This document shows, piece after piece, positions 27,669 to 38,281 of a stretch of 64,000 nt of DNA (position 1 is its first letter; each line of letters starts with the position of its first letter). The stretch comes from Alphaproteobacteria bacterium. Its GTDB lineage: Bacteria > Pseudomonadota > Alphaproteobacteria > CALKHQ01. The notes below the pieces were generated by a model. The model saw only the letters and a list, made by a program, of their open reading frames with translations, made no database searches and was not told the DNA's origin. The stretch lies in NCBI GenBank assembly GCA_965227515.1, contig CBDDFZ010000001.1, positions 3,328,001-3,392,000 on the forward strand. Direction: 5' to 3'. Position numbers and translations under genes: made by a program.

Positions 27669-28526
27669 ATGACAGGCAATCAGGGAGTAGCTCCCAAGAT
27701 CATGGGCGGGCGCGAGGGGCTGATCTCCACCTCCACGCCGACTCCGGCCAATGGCGACAATGGCGCGATCAAGAACCGCGATTATGTCAGCTCGCTCGCG
27801 CGCGGGCTTGAGATCTTGCGCGCGTTCAGCCGTAAGCGCCGCCGCATGACGCTGAGCGAGGTGGCGGCGGAGACCGGCATCAACCGGGCCGCGGCGCGCC
27901 GCTTTCTGCTGACCCTGGTGCACGAGGGCTATGCCGTGGCCGACGGCAAGCTGTTCGACCTGACGCCCCAGGTGCTGGAACTGGGGTTCTCGGTGCTGTC
28001 GTCGATGGGGGTGTGGGACCTGTCGCGCCCGTTCCTGGAGCGGCTGGCCGAGGAGATCGAGGAATCGGTGTCCGCCGCGGTGCTGGACGGCAGCGACGTG
28101 GTCTATGTCTGTGGGGCACAGTACCATCGCGTGATCTCGGTCGGGGTTACCCTGGGCAACCGCCTGCCCGCCTATTGCACCGCCACCGGGCGGGTACTGC
28201 TGGCCGAGCGCCCGGTCGAGGAATGGGACGTGATGATCGCCGGCCTGCAGTTGGAGCCGCGCACCCGCCGTACCGTCACCTCGAAGACGCGTTTCCGCGA
28301 GATCCTGGAGGAAGTGCGCGAGCATGGCTGGGCGCTGGTGGACCAGGAGCTTGAGGCCGGCCTCGTCTCCATCGCCATTCCCCTGCGCAAGCGCTCGGGC
28401 GAGGTGTTCGGCGCCATCAATGTCGGCTGCCCTACCGTGCGCGCCACACCGGCCGACATGGTGGAGCGCATGCTGCCGCGCCTGAAGGACGTCGCCCACG
28501 ACATCTCCCAGGCTATCGCGCGGTAG
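27669..28526 (+). CDS. IclR-family regulator (PcaR/PobR-like)
   Basis: YVSSLARGLEIL, RRFLLTL, RLPAYCTATGRVLL, DQELEAG. Confidence 0.93.
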   Translation: MTGNQGVAPKIMGGREGLISTSTPTPANGDNGAIKNRDYVSSLARGLEILRAFSRKRRRMTLSEVAAETGINRAAARRFLLTLVHEGYAVADGKLFDLTPQVLELGFSVLSSMGVWDLSRPFLERLAEEIEESVSAAVLDGSDVVYVCGAQYHRVISVGVTLGNRLPAYCTATGRVLLAERPVEEWDVMIAGLQLEPRTRRTVTSKTRFREILEEVREHGWALVDQELEAGLVSIAIPLRKRSGEVFGAINVGCPTVRATPADMVERMLPRLKDVAHDISQAIAR

Positions 28527-28545
28527 CATTCCGCAGCAGGGCGGC

Positions 28546-29691
28546 TCACCCGAACCGCCCCACCCCATACGGTTCCGTATCGAACGGTGCATCGTCGCCC
28601 AGCGCGATGGCAGCGGCGGCGCGGCCGACCAGAGGGCCCAGCGTGTAGCCGGCGTCGCCCGGCACCGCGAACACCACCCGTGCTGCACCCGGCGCACGCC
28701 CGATGATCGAGCCGCCGTCGGCGACGTTGTTCAGCCCGGCCCATGTGCGCAGGATGCGAAGTCCACCGATGGCCGGGGCCAACCGGGCGGCCAGCGCCAC
28801 GTTGCCGACCAGGCTGTCCGCCTTCACCTCCGGCGTCTTGTCGCCGCCATCGAAGCGGGCCGGCCAGCCGCCGCCGATGACGATCTGGCCCGATACGAAC
28901 TGCTTCAGCGTGATCGGCCGCTCGGCATGTTGCACGAGGTGGCGCATGGCATAGGCCGCCGGTTCGGTGATGTTCATGTGCAGCGGTTCCCAGGTAATCG
29001 GCACCGTGAGGCCCAGGCCCGTCGCCAGCTCGCGCACGCCCCAGGATGCCGCCAGGATGGCCTGGCCGGCCCTGTGCGAACGCGCACCGCGTGCCACGAT
29101 GCCGGTGCCATCCGTTTCCAGCGCCCTGATCCTGTCGACAGCGAAAGTGGTGCCGACGTCCTCCGCCACCGACCTCAGTTTCGCGTTGGTAATCAGAGGG
29201 TTGAGCTTGCCTTCTTCACGGCATAGTTCAGCGCCGACGACGTGCGGGCCGAGCCATGGCGCGATCGCCTCCAGCGCGGGCCGGTCCAGCATCTCGGCAT
29301 CCACGCCCATGCGTCGCTCGCGCTCGGCCTTGGCCTCCAGGAAGCGCATCTGGTCGGCGTCCTCCGCGACCATCAGGCCACCGTCGCGCACCAGTTCGAA
29401 TCCGCCATATGCGGCCTCCAGGCGCTCCCATTCGGCGACGGCCTGGACGTAGAGCGGCAGCGACGCCTCGATTTGCGGGGCCAGTTCGGGGAACTGGCGC
29501 AGAACCCGGCTTTGCATCTGCACGTGCAGGCTGCCGGCATTGGCTGTGGAGCCGGCATTGCGGCCCCAGTCGACCACGGTGACGGCCATGCCGGCCTGCG
29601 CCGCCGCCAGCGCCGCCGTCGTGCCGACGACACCGCCGCCTATGATCAGCAGGTCGGCGCGGGCCTCGTCACGTGTCACCCGGCGCCTCAT
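28546..29691 (-). CDS. FAD-dependent oxidoreductase (DAO / opine oxidase B-like)
   Basis: IIGGGVVG, STANAGSLH, LRTWAG, GYTLGP. Confidence 0.87.
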   Translation of the reverse strand: MRRRVTRDEARADLLIIGGGVVGTTAALAAAQAGMAVTVVDWGRNAGSTANAGSLHVQMQSRVLRQFPELAPQIEASLPLYVQAVAEWERLEAAYGGFELVRDGGLMVAEDADQMRFLEAKAERERRMGVDAEMLDRPALEAIAPWLGPHVVGAELCREEGKLNPLITNAKLRSVAEDVGTTFAVDRIRALETDGTGIVARGARSHRAGQAILAASWGVRELATGLGLTVPITWEPLHMNITEPAAYAMRHLVQHAERPITLKQFVSGQIVIGGGWPARFDGGDKTPEVKADSLVGNVALAARLAPAIGGLRILRTWAGLNNVADGGSIIGRAPGAARVVFAVPGDAGYTLGPLVGRAAAAIALGDDAPFDTEPYGVGRFG

Positions 29692-31354
29692 GCTCCGCGA
29701 GGACATCGTTCGCCGCGAGCACGGTGGCGATGGCGACCGGCTTGATCGGCGCGCGCGGGGCGAAGAAGCTCAAGTCGCCGATGTCGGTGCCGCGATCCGC
29801 CGCCATTCGCCGGGCCAGCGCCGGTGCGCAGTACCGCCCCTGGCAGCGCCCCATGCCAAGCCGGGTCGCGCGCTTCACTGAGCCGATATCCCCCAGTCGG
29901 TTGGCCGGATCGTCACCGAATGTGTCGTCCAGCATGGCGCCTGAAACTTCCTCACAGCGGCAGGCCAGTGCATCGGCACTCGGGAGCGCCGGAGCGCCAG
30001 CCCTGTAGAGGGTCCACAGCGCGTCCTGGAAGCTGCGATGTCTTGCCAGGCGCCGGTGGGCATCGCGAGGATCGGCAGCGTCCCGGCCGCAGAGCCGCGC
30101 CGCAGCAGCGCCGGCAATCGCACCCTCCTCCACCGCGGCGGGCGCGCCGCCGAGGCCGCAACAGTCGCCGACCGCAAACACGGCGGCAACGCTGGTTTCC
30201 ATCGCATCGCTGCGCGCCGGGCGAAGCTGGTCGAATGCCCTGTCGTAGCGCATGTCCGCGCCCAGCAGGCGCAGGACCTCGTTCTGCGGCTGAAAGCCGT
30301 AGTTCATGCACACGGTGTCGACCGAGACGGCGGTCTCGCCGGATGCAGACCGGAACGTCGCGGCCAATTCGTCGCCCTCGCGCGCGATGCGCACGAGCTC
30401 GGTGCCGTAGCGCATCTTGACGCCCCGCCGCTTGAGCCCGGCCAGCATGGCAGCGCCCTTGGCGGCCAATCCCGGTGATGTCGCCCACATCCGCGCCACG
30501 GCGCCGATACTCCGCCACGGCGCGGGCGCGGCTTCCGCCACCAGCACCACGTCGGCACCGCCGGCCGCCAGCTCCAGCGCCACCTGCGCATTCAGCGGCC
30601 CGGAGCCGCAGATCGCCACCCGCTGCCCCGGCAGAGTGCGGTAGCTGCGCCACAAGGTCTGTGCGGCACCGGTGGTCATCACGCCGGGCAGGTCCCAGCC
30701 CGGCACCATCGCCGGCCGCTCATAGGCGCCGGTCGCGACGACGATCGTCTTTGGCGAGACGACGAGCGCGGTGCCGCCGACTTCCGCGAACACCAGCGGG
30801 CCGTCGAACGCACCCCACACTTCCGCACCGCCGACGATGCGCGCGCCCGACGCGTGCGCCCGCGCCACCAGGTCGGCGCCCCTCGCCTGTTGCGCGTCCA
30901 GGGGCTGCCGGCCCAGCGCCTCGGCGGTTTGCTTGTAGAACTGGCCGCCGGCGACCTTGCGCTCGTCCAGCACGAGGACGTCGGCCCCGGCCTCCGCCGC
31001 GGCTATGGCGGCGTTGAGCCCCCCGGCCCCGCCGCCAATGACCAGCACGTCCGGGGACAGGCGTTGCGCGGGCTTAGGTTCCGGCGCCGCCCCGCCCAAT
31101 TGCGGCAGTGCGGTCTGTGTCTTGATCGCCTGCCGTGGCGCGGCGGGCGTCATGCAGGCGCGGCGGTTCGGCTGGCCGTCGATCTCGACCAGGCATTCCT
31201 GGCAGACCCCCATGCCGCAGAACATGCCGCGCCGCGCTCCGCTGGGCGTCTCGCGGAATGCGCGGATGCCGGCCTCGGTCAGTGCCGCCGCCACCGACTG
31301 CCCTGTTCGGAACGGGATTGGGCGGCCGTCGAATGTGAGCGATGATTCAGCCAT
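29669..31354 (-). CDS. Fused 2Fe-2S / FAD-NAD oxidoreductase / BFD-like protein (opine oxidase A or hydroxyproline dehydrogenase gamma-alpha type)
   Basis: FCGMGVCQEC..RAC, VIGGGAGG, ATGAYER, CRCEEV..GMGRCQGRYC. Confidence 0.87.
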   Translation of the reverse strand: MAESSLTFDGRPIPFRTGQSVAAALTEAGIRAFRETPSGARRGMFCGMGVCQECLVEIDGQPNRRACMTPAAPRQAIKTQTALPQLGGAAPEPKPAQRLSPDVLVIGGGAGGLNAAIAAAEAGADVLVLDERKVAGGQFYKQTAEALGRQPLDAQQARGADLVARAHASGARIVGGAEVWGAFDGPLVFAEVGGTALVVSPKTIVVATGAYERPAMVPGWDLPGVMTTGAAQTLWRSYRTLPGQRVAICGSGPLNAQVALELAAGGADVVLVAEAAPAPWRSIGAVARMWATSPGLAAKGAAMLAGLKRRGVKMRYGTELVRIAREGDELAATFRSASGETAVSVDTVCMNYGFQPQNEVLRLLGADMRYDRAFDQLRPARSDAMETSVAAVFAVGDCCGLGGAPAAVEEGAIAGAAAARLCGRDAADPRDAHRRLARHRSFQDALWTLYRAGAPALPSADALACRCEEVSGAMLDDTFGDDPANRLGDIGSVKRATRLGMGRCQGRYCAPALARRMAADRGTDIGDLSFFAPRAPIKPVAIATVLAANDVLAEHEAPGDT

Positions 31355-32309
31355 CATTGCCGACAATCTGCCGGCGTGCGGCGATCAGCCTGGCAAGCGC
31401 GGCCTCACGCCATGCGGCGCGGTCGGCCAGTTGCTCGGCCGGCAGGATCGCGCGGCGCTGGCGCTCGACCTCGGCGACCAGGTCCGGCGTCCATTCGCAG
31501 CCGGTCTCGCCCCGCCCCTCGCCGATGGCACGATAGGCCGGGCCGAGCCTGGCGGCATGGGCTGCAATGCCGCCGGCGGTGTTGAGGTCGGCGGTTTCGA
31601 ACGGGCCGCCCAGCGCCCAGCGCAGCCCCAGGCCGTCGCGCACCAGCCGGTCGAGGCCGTCGACGTCGATCACGCCCTCGCGGACCAGCCGGTAGGCTTC
31701 GCGCAGGACGGCGCTTTGCAGGCGATTGAACACGAACCCCGGCACTTCCGCGCCCAGCGCGACGGGAGAGAAGCCGGCGGCCGCAAACACTTCGCTTGCT
31801 TTCGCCAGCGCGGCTTCGTGCGTTTCGGGCGCCGGCACCAGCTCCACCACCCGGATCAGGGTCGGCGGATTGGCCGGATGCGCAACCAGGCAGCGTGCGC
31901 GTTGGTCCGGCGCGTCGAGGATTTGCGAAACGGTCATCGCCGATGATGTGGTGGCGATCACCGCGTCCGTGTTCAAGTGGCTGAACAGGTCTGCAAAGAT
32001 CGCCTGCTTGGCCGCCAGGTTCTCCGGCCCGGCCTCCAGCACCAGGGCAGGATCGGTAGGCGCGCCTTGCAGGCTGGCCACAACGGCGATGCGCGCCGCC
32101 GCGTCGTCGGGTGCCGATACCGCGAGCCCGGCGTCCCGCATGGTCGCGTGGCGGCGCGCGATGTCGGCGCCAAGATCGCCGCGCCGCGCGTCATCGGGCT
32201 CGATCAGCCAGACCCGCGCACCGTGGTCGGCGAACACCGTGGCCAGGCTGGCGCCAATGGCCCCGCCGCCGACAACCACCACGCCTAGCTCGCCGGATTC
32301 GCTCGTCAA
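31347..32309 (-). CDS. 3-hydroxyacyl-CoA dehydrogenase-family protein
   Basis: VGGGAIG, EAGPENL..K, AHPANPP, GFVFNRLQ. Confidence 0.87.
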   Translation of the reverse strand: MTSESGELGVVVVGGGAIGASLATVFADHGARVWLIEPDDARRGDLGADIARRHATMRDAGLAVSAPDDAAARIAVVASLQGAPTDPALVLEAGPENLAAKQAIFADLFSHLNTDAVIATTSSAMTVSQILDAPDQRARCLVAHPANPPTLIRVVELVPAPETHEAALAKASEVFAAAGFSPVALGAEVPGFVFNRLQSAVLREAYRLVREGVIDVDGLDRLVRDGLGLRWALGGPFETADLNTAGGIAAHAARLGPAYRAIGEGRGETGCEWTPDLVAEVERQRRAILPAEQLADRAAWREAALARLIAARRQIVGNDG

Positions 32310-32395
32310 TGTTGCCTCGGTCGCTCGCAATTTCCGAATTCGCACAAACGTGCGATGTTGCTGCCCAGCCTACACGCATACGCCGGAGAAGTCGC

Positions 32396-33169
32396 ATGGA
32401 TCGAACGCCACCGCCCCGCATTCTCAATGGGCGATCCGCCGTCATCACCGGCGGCGCGCGGGGCCTGGGCCGCGCGATCGCGGATCTGTTCGAGGCAGCG
32501 GGCGCGCAGATCACGATCTGCGACCTGCCCGACGTACTCAAGCAGACCGACGTGCCGGAAAACTGGTGGGCGGAACCTCTCGACCTGGCAACCGCCGAAG
32601 CCGAGGAGTATCTCGCCACGGTTGCCACCGACCTGCGCGCCGTCGACATCGTCGTCGCCAATGCCGGTGTCGTCCCGCCGTGGCGGCGGATTGCCGACCT
32701 CGACCGTGGGGAATGGGACAGGGTCTTCGCGGTCAACGTTTGGGGGGCCGCGGCGACGCTGAAGGCGTTTGCGCCGGCCCTCGCCCGCTCAGATCGTGCC
32801 AGCGCGATTCTGATGGCCTCGATCAACGGCTACCGCGCCCATCCCGACCAGACTCTCTACACCGCGACCAAGCACGCGGTGGTCGGGCTGATGCGCGCCG
32901 CGGCGCTGGACATGGGCCGCGACGGCATCCGGGTGAATGCGCTTGCCCCCGGCCCGATTGCCACCGATGCGTTGCAGGGCCGCATTGCCACCCGCCATGC
33001 CCAGGGCGGTCCGGCGCCGGACGATGCGATTGCCGCACTGGCTGCAGAAACCGCGCTCGGCCGCATCGCCACGGCTCAGGACGTGGCGAACGCCGCGCTC
33101 TACCTCGCCAGCGACCTGTCGGCCGGTGTTACCGGCACGCTGCACCCGGTGGAGTGCGGGTTGGGGTGA
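32396..33169 (+). CDS. Short-chain dehydrogenase/reductase
   Basis: TGGARGLG, ANAG, YTATK. Confidence 0.88.
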   Translation: MDRTPPPRILNGRSAVITGGARGLGRAIADLFEAAGAQITICDLPDVLKQTDVPENWWAEPLDLATAEAEEYLATVATDLRAVDIVVANAGVVPPWRRIADLDRGEWDRVFAVNVWGAAATLKAFAPALARSDRASAILMASINGYRAHPDQTLYTATKHAVVGLMRAAALDMGRDGIRVNALAPGPIATDALQGRIATRHAQGGPAPDDAIAALAAETALGRIATAQDVANAALYLASDLSAGVTGTLHPVECGLG

Positions 33170-33188
33170 GACTCATGCACGGCTAGTT

Positions 33189-33274
33189 GTAGCCTGGGTG
33201 GAACGAAGTGCAACCCAGGGCACTTCGCGCAACCCCGGTAACCCCCGGGTTACGCTGCGCTTCACCCGGGCTAC
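33189..33274. repeat. GTAG-type REP doublet
   Basis: GTAGCCTGGGTG..AACCCAGG and CCCGGGTTACG..CACCCGGGCTAC between convergent genes. Confidence 0.8.
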
Positions 33275-33294
33275 GGATTCTTGCCGTGGGATCC

Positions 33295-34137
33295 CTACCC
33301 CTTCCGGGCTTCCCAGCCGTGCTGCGCCATGATGTCGTGGCTGACGCGGAAATCCTCGTCGGGGTCGGTGCCGGGCTGCAGCTTGTCGGCGATCATTTCC
33401 AGCACCGTCACCTCGCTGTAGCCGATCTCCTGCAGGGCCGCGCCGGCCGCTGCGGTGTCGACCACGCCGGTACCGAGGCGGGTGTGCAGGAATTCGTCAT
33501 AGCCGGAGTCCGACATGTGCACGTTCTTGATCAGCGACCCCAGCATGCGGATGGCGCCGGGCACGTCTTCCTTGATGTAGGCTGAGTTGCAGACATCGAA
33601 GTTGACGCCGACTTCCGGGCCGATCAGCTCTGCCGTCGACTTCATGTCCTCCGCCGTCGGCAGGAACGCGAACGGCACGTTCTCCATCAGCATCTCGACC
33701 CCGGCGCCCTTGGCGTGGGCGACCAGTTCCTTCATGCCCTCCACGAACCATTCCAGCATCCATTCGTGGGGCGGGTTGATCAGGCTGTTCACCGGGCCGG
33801 GAATGCACACCACGTAGGGGCACTTCCACTGCGCGGCGAGGTCGATCGCCTCCAGATAGCGGTCCAGCGTGTAGCGGCGCATCAGCACGTCGACGCCGTT
33901 GGGGTTGTTGTCCAGTAGCGGATAGCAGAACGAGGTGATGGCGGTGCCCTCCCCATCCATCCAGCTCGCCACTTCCTTCTTCTGGCCGGCGGTCATCTCG
34001 CGCGGCCAGCAGTGGGGCGGGAACACCAGCATTTCATAGGCGTCGTAGCCCAGGCCGTGCAGGTGCTTAATGGCATCGAAGCCGCTGTGGGAATAGAGAT
34101 ATGGAAACGTACTCGCTGCGACTTTCATGCCGGCCAT
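33295..34137 (-). CDS. Sugar phosphate isomerase/epimerase (xylose-isomerase-like TIM barrel)
   Basis: MEN, NFDVCN, VHMSD, LGTGVVD, VLE. Confidence 0.83.
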   Translation of the reverse strand: MAGMKVAASTFPYLYSHSGFDAIKHLHGLGYDAYEMLVFPPHCWPREMTAGQKKEVASWMDGEGTAITSFCYPLLDNNPNGVDVLMRRYTLDRYLEAIDLAAQWKCPYVVCIPGPVNSLINPPHEWMLEWFVEGMKELVAHAKGAGVEMLMENVPFAFLPTAEDMKSTAELIGPEVGVNFDVCNSAYIKEDVPGAIRMLGSLIKNVHMSDSGYDEFLHTRLGTGVVDTAAAGAALQEIGYSEVTVLEMIADKLQPGTDPDEDFRVSHDIMAQHGWEARKG

Positions 34138-34273
34138 CGGCTGCACCCCCGTTTTTGGTCGTTTGGTCGGTCGTCTGTTCGGCCTTTTCGTGCGCGCCCA
34201 GATTTGTTCTATATGCGCACGTTTGTAACTATATCGCACACCGACCTGCCTTCAACGGGTTTCCGGAGCCGCC

Positions 34274-35374
34274 GTGACCAGCCACTTGTTCTCTCCCTTC
34301 CGCCTGCGCGGCCTGGAGCTTGCCAACCGCATCGTCGTCGCCCCCATGTGCCAGTATTCCGCCACCGACGGTGTGGTCGGCGACTGGCACCTGATGCACC
34401 TGGGCCATCTGGCACTGGCCGCACCGGGCCTGCTGCTGATCGAGGCGACGGGGGTGGAGCCGCAGGGCCGCATCTCGCCCAACTGCACCGGCCTGTACTC
34501 GGATGCCTGCGAGCAGGCGTTCGCGCGGGTGGTCGAGTTCTGCCGTGAGATCTCGCCGACGCCGATCGGCATCCAGCTCGGCCACGCCGGCCGCAAGGGC
34601 TCGACCACGGCGCCCTGGCTGGGCGGCCAGCCGCTGGGGCCGGACGAGGACCCGTGGGTGCCGGATGCGCCCTCCGCCGTGCCCTATTTGGAGCATTGGG
34701 AGACCCCCACCGCACTCGACGCAGCAGGTTTGGCCCGCGTGCGCGACGCATTCGCTGACGCAGCCCGGCGCGCGGCCCGGCTCGACCTCGACATCATCGA
34801 GGTGCATGCCGCCCACGGCTATCTGTTGCACCAGTTCCTCTCGCCGCTGAGCAACCGGCGCGACGACGCCTATGGCGGCGACCTGGAGGCCCGGATGCGC
34901 TTTCCGCTGGAGGTTTTCGACGCGGTGCGCGACGTGTTCCCCGACGACAAGCCGGTGATCGTGCGGCTGTCGGCGACCGACTGGGTCGACGGCGGCTGGG
35001 ACATGGAGCAGAGCGTCGCGTTCTCTGAGGCGCTGAAGGCGCGCGGCTGCGACGCCATCCACGTTACCAGCGGCGGGCTCAGCCAGGACCAAGCGATCGA
35101 GGTCGGCCCCGGCTACCAGACCGGCTTTGCCGCCGAAATCGGGCGCCAGACTGGCATGCCGGTCATCGCGGTCGGCCAGATCACCGAGCCGGTGCAGGCC
35201 GAGACCATCGTCAAGACCGGCCAGGCCGATTTAGTGGCGCTGGCCCGGGGCATGCTGTGGGACCCGCGCTGGGTGTGGAAGGCGGCACTGGAACTGGGTG
35301 CGGAGATCGAGCTGCCGGCGCCCTACGCGCGCTGCAACCCGGCGCTGCGCGCCAAGCCGTTCGTGAAGAGGTAG
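34274..35374 (+). CDS. Old yellow enzyme NADH:flavin oxidoreductase (NamA-like)
   Basis: NRIVVAPMCQYSA, QLGHAGRK, HAAHGYLLHQFLSPLSN. Confidence 0.92.
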   Translation: MTSHLFSPFRLRGLELANRIVVAPMCQYSATDGVVGDWHLMHLGHLALAAPGLLLIEATGVEPQGRISPNCTGLYSDACEQAFARVVEFCREISPTPIGIQLGHAGRKGSTTAPWLGGQPLGPDEDPWVPDAPSAVPYLEHWETPTALDAAGLARVRDAFADAARRAARLDLDIIEVHAAHGYLLHQFLSPLSNRRDDAYGGDLEARMRFPLEVFDAVRDVFPDDKPVIVRLSATDWVDGGWDMEQSVAFSEALKARGCDAIHVTSGGLSQDQAIEVGPGYQTGFAAEIGRQTGMPVIAVGQITEPVQAETIVKTGQADLVALARGMLWDPRWVWKAALELGAEIELPAPYARCNPALRAKPFVKR

Positions 35375-35383
35375 GGGAACACG

Positions 35384-36151
35384 ATGACCGATCTTTCCGG
35401 CAAGACCGTGCTGGTCACCGGCGCCTCCAAGGGCATCGGGGCCGCCATCGCCGCGACCGTTGGCGCCGCTGGGGCCCATGTCGCCGCGCACTACGGCCGC
35501 GACCGCGACGGCGTTGAGGTGGCGACCGCCGATATTCCGGCGGACCGCCTGAAACTGATCGCGGCCGATTTCAGCGACCCCGCCTCGGCCGACGAGGTCT
35601 GGGCGCAGGCCACCGCTTGGCGCGGCGGGGTCGACGTGCTGGTCAACAACGCCGCCGTCATGCGGCTGAAGGGCGGCATCGACGACGACATCGCCGCCTG
35701 GGACGAGGTGTGGGACGAGGCACTGAAGGTGAACGTGCTGGCCCCTGCCCGGCTGATGCGCGCGGCTACCCGCGCCTTCGTCGCGGCCGGCGGCGGCAGC
35801 CTGATCACGCTGTCGAGCTGGGTCGCCACCCGCGGCACCGCCAACCCGCAGGGCATCGCCTATGCCGCCAGCAAGGCGGCGATGCTGGCCGCGACCAAGA
35901 CCGTGGCCCGCGCCTACGCCAAGCAGGGCGTGCTCGCCTATGTCATCGCGCCCGGCGTGGTGCGCACCCAGATGTCCATCGACAGCGCGGCCACACTGGG
36001 CGGCGAGGATGCGGTGACCGCCGGGCTCGCCATGGGCGAGTGGGTGCCGCCGAGCGACCTCGCCGAACTGGTCGTGTTCCTCGCCTCCGGCCGCTGCCGC
36101 CACCTGACCGGCGCCACCCTCGACGTCAACGGCGCCACCTACATGCGGTGA
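35384..36151 (+). CDS. Short-chain dehydrogenase/reductase
   Basis: TGASKGIG, NNAA, YAASK. Confidence 0.88.
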   Translation: MTDLSGKTVLVTGASKGIGAAIAATVGAAGAHVAAHYGRDRDGVEVATADIPADRLKLIAADFSDPASADEVWAQATAWRGGVDVLVNNAAVMRLKGGIDDDIAAWDEVWDEALKVNVLAPARLMRAATRAFVAAGGGSLITLSSWVATRGTANPQGIAYAASKAAMLAATKTVARAYAKQGVLAYVIAPGVVRTQMSIDSAATLGGEDAVTAGLAMGEWVPPSDLAELVVFLASGRCRHLTGATLDVNGATYMR

Positions 36152-36231
36152 CATTCAGTTCAAGACAATTGATAATGCTGGCCAAACCGACACTGGATTT
36201 CATGAATTGAATGCATTGAGGGGAGGCCAGA

Positions 36232-37206
36232 TTGTCCGACGATCAGCGCTTCGAGGAAGCCTACGCCACCCAGGTGGCGCCGCATCTGCCGGAATTGGAG
36301 GCACTGCGCCAGAGTTACCGCAAGCAACGGCTCAACACGGCGTTGGTCATCACCGCCGTTGGCGTTGCGGTGGTCATCGCCACGGCAGCCGGGTTTATTG
36401 GAAGCGGATTCAGCCGGATCATTATCATTTTGGTCTCAATGGTAGGCATCGCCGTTGGCTGGTTCCTCGTCTACGCGAAGTATGCCGAGCGTTACCGCGC
36501 CGCGCTGAAAGAGCGCGTGATGAATGTGATGTGCGGTCTTGTCGGGGACATGGAGTGGTCCGGCAAGAGCGTGGGCCATCACATCGTTACGGCCTCTCGG
36601 GACATTGGCGTGGTGCCGAAAGGCAACCGCACCAAGGTGGACGACCAGTTCTCCGGTCGCTACCGGGACTGCGAGTTCCACTTGATCGACCTGGAGGTGT
36701 GGCGGGAAACGAACAGCGGCAGCGACAACACCTCCAGCAGCAAGCGCGTCTTCAACGGCCTCGCGCTGAGCGTATCGGTGCCGCAGCAATTCGACACCCG
36801 CCTCGTCCTCGACCGGGACTACGGCCGGGTCGGCAACGCCATCTCCAACTGGTTTGCCGGCTTCAAGGGCTGGCGCAAGGTCGCCTTCGAAGACGACCCC
36901 GACTTTGAGCGGGCGTTCGAGGTTCGCGCGGAGGACGAGGCGGGTGCGCGCGAGCTACTGTCGCCGGGCTTTCGCCGCATCATGATGACACTGTGCCAAA
37001 GGTTTCCTGACGCCCGGCTGCGGGCCGGTTTCGTCAACGGTGAATTCCTGCTCTCGCTGGAGATGAAGGGGCGTTCCTTCGAGCCGGGGAACATCCACAT
37101 GCCGGTCGCCGATCTCGAGCCCGTCCTGCGCGCGATGCAGGCCGAACTCAGGATCGGCCACGACATCATCGACATCCTGCACGGGGATGCGGCGGTCACC
37201 TCATGA
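36232..37206 (+). CDS. DUF3137-like membrane protein
   Basis: Two N-terminal TM helices; DDQFSGRY, FNGL, FERAFEV..AR.LLSP. Confidence 0.7.
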   Translation: MSDDQRFEEAYATQVAPHLPELEALRQSYRKQRLNTALVITAVGVAVVIATAAGFIGSGFSRIIIILVSMVGIAVGWFLVYAKYAERYRAALKERVMNVMCGLVGDMEWSGKSVGHHIVTASRDIGVVPKGNRTKVDDQFSGRYRDCEFHLIDLEVWRETNSGSDNTSSSKRVFNGLALSVSVPQQFDTRLVLDRDYGRVGNAISNWFAGFKGWRKVAFEDDPDFERAFEVRAEDEAGARELLSPGFRRIMMTLCQRFPDARLRAGFVNGEFLLSLEMKGRSFEPGNIHMPVADLEPVLRAMQAELRIGHDIIDILHGDAAVTS

Positions 37207-37240
37207 TCGTCATGGTCGGGACAAGCCCGAGCATGACGAT
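37206..37240. repeat. Single CGTC-type REP hairpin (same family as 41027-41113)
   Basis: ATCGTCATG-GTCGGGACAAGCCCGA-GCATGACGAT. Confidence 0.7.
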
Positions 37241-37254
37241 GGTGTTCAGGCGCC

Positions 37255-38205
37255 TTACTGCGCCGCGGTCGCGGTGGCCTGCAACTCGTCCACCAGGTCG
37301 TCGAGCTGCTGCATGATCGGCACCAGGCGCTCCAACCGCTGCTCGCCTTCCGCGCCGAGGGCGGCGAAGGTGGTCAGCGGCGCGCGCACGTCGCCGACCG
37401 GGTAACCCGCCGCCCGCGCCAATGCCTTGGAATAGCACTGGTGGCCGTAGGTCGGGTGCCCCTCGCCGATGATCTCCTGCATGTGGTCGATCAGCCGCTG
37501 GATCCGCTTGGCGTCCTCCCACCGGCCCTGCTCGCAGTAGTCGCAGAACAGCCACGAGGCGCGCGGCACGTAGTTGCCGTAAGGGTTCACATAGCCCTTG
37601 GCGCCGAGCGCATAGGACTCCACCACCCGCTCGCCGGCCCACACGTTCATCACGCCCTCGGTCGCCTCGATGATGTCGTACACCCGGGCGACGTCCATCG
37701 ATGCTTCCTTGATGTAGCGGACCTGCTCGAACGCCGCTGTGATCTTCGCCACCAGCTTCGCCGACATGTCGACATTGGTGGTGAACGGGTTGTTGTAGAG
37801 CATGATCGGCAAGTTAACTTTCTCACATATCGATCTGTAATAGTTGAATATTTCGTCCTCGGTCGGCGTGTAGTAGTAGGGCGGCACGATCATCAGGCCA
37901 TCGGCGCCCAGAGCCTCCGCCTCGGCCGAGTAGCGCACGGCATTCGGGGTGTGCGCGTTCATGGTGCCGACCAGAACCGGGATGCGCCCGGCGATGTGCT
38001 TCACCGTCGCTTCCACGAACGCGCTGCGCTCGTCGTCGGTCAGGGTCAGGAATTCGCCGGTGGTGCCCAGGATGATGATGCCCGGCACGCCCGTCTCAAG
38101 CTGCCAGTCCAGGAATGCGCGCCAACGGTCGTAGTCGATCGCCGAGCCGTCGTCGGTGAACGGCGTGATCGTGACGGTGTAGCTGCCCCGAAACGTTTGG
38201 CTCAT
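37255..38205 (-). CDS. DHDPS/NAL-family protein
   Basis: ITPF, GTTGEF, PPYY, LYNNP, YIKEAS. Confidence 0.9.
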   Translation of the reverse strand: MSQTFRGSYTVTITPFTDDGSAIDYDRWRAFLDWQLETGVPGIIILGTTGEFLTLTDDERSAFVEATVKHIAGRIPVLVGTMNAHTPNAVRYSAEAEALGADGLMIVPPYYYTPTEDEIFNYYRSICEKVNLPIMLYNNPFTTNVDMSAKLVAKITAAFEQVRYIKEASMDVARVYDIIEATEGVMNVWAGERVVESYALGAKGYVNPYGNYVPRASWLFCDYCEQGRWEDAKRIQRLIDHMQEIIGEGHPTYGHQCYSKALARAAGYPVGDVRAPLTTFAALGAEGEQRLERLVPIMQQLDDLVDELQATATAAQ

Positions 38206-38281
38206 GGCCACCTCCCCTAAGCACTTGCGCACAACTGTGCGAAATAGCACACAACGACATGACCGCACCACTCCCGCCACG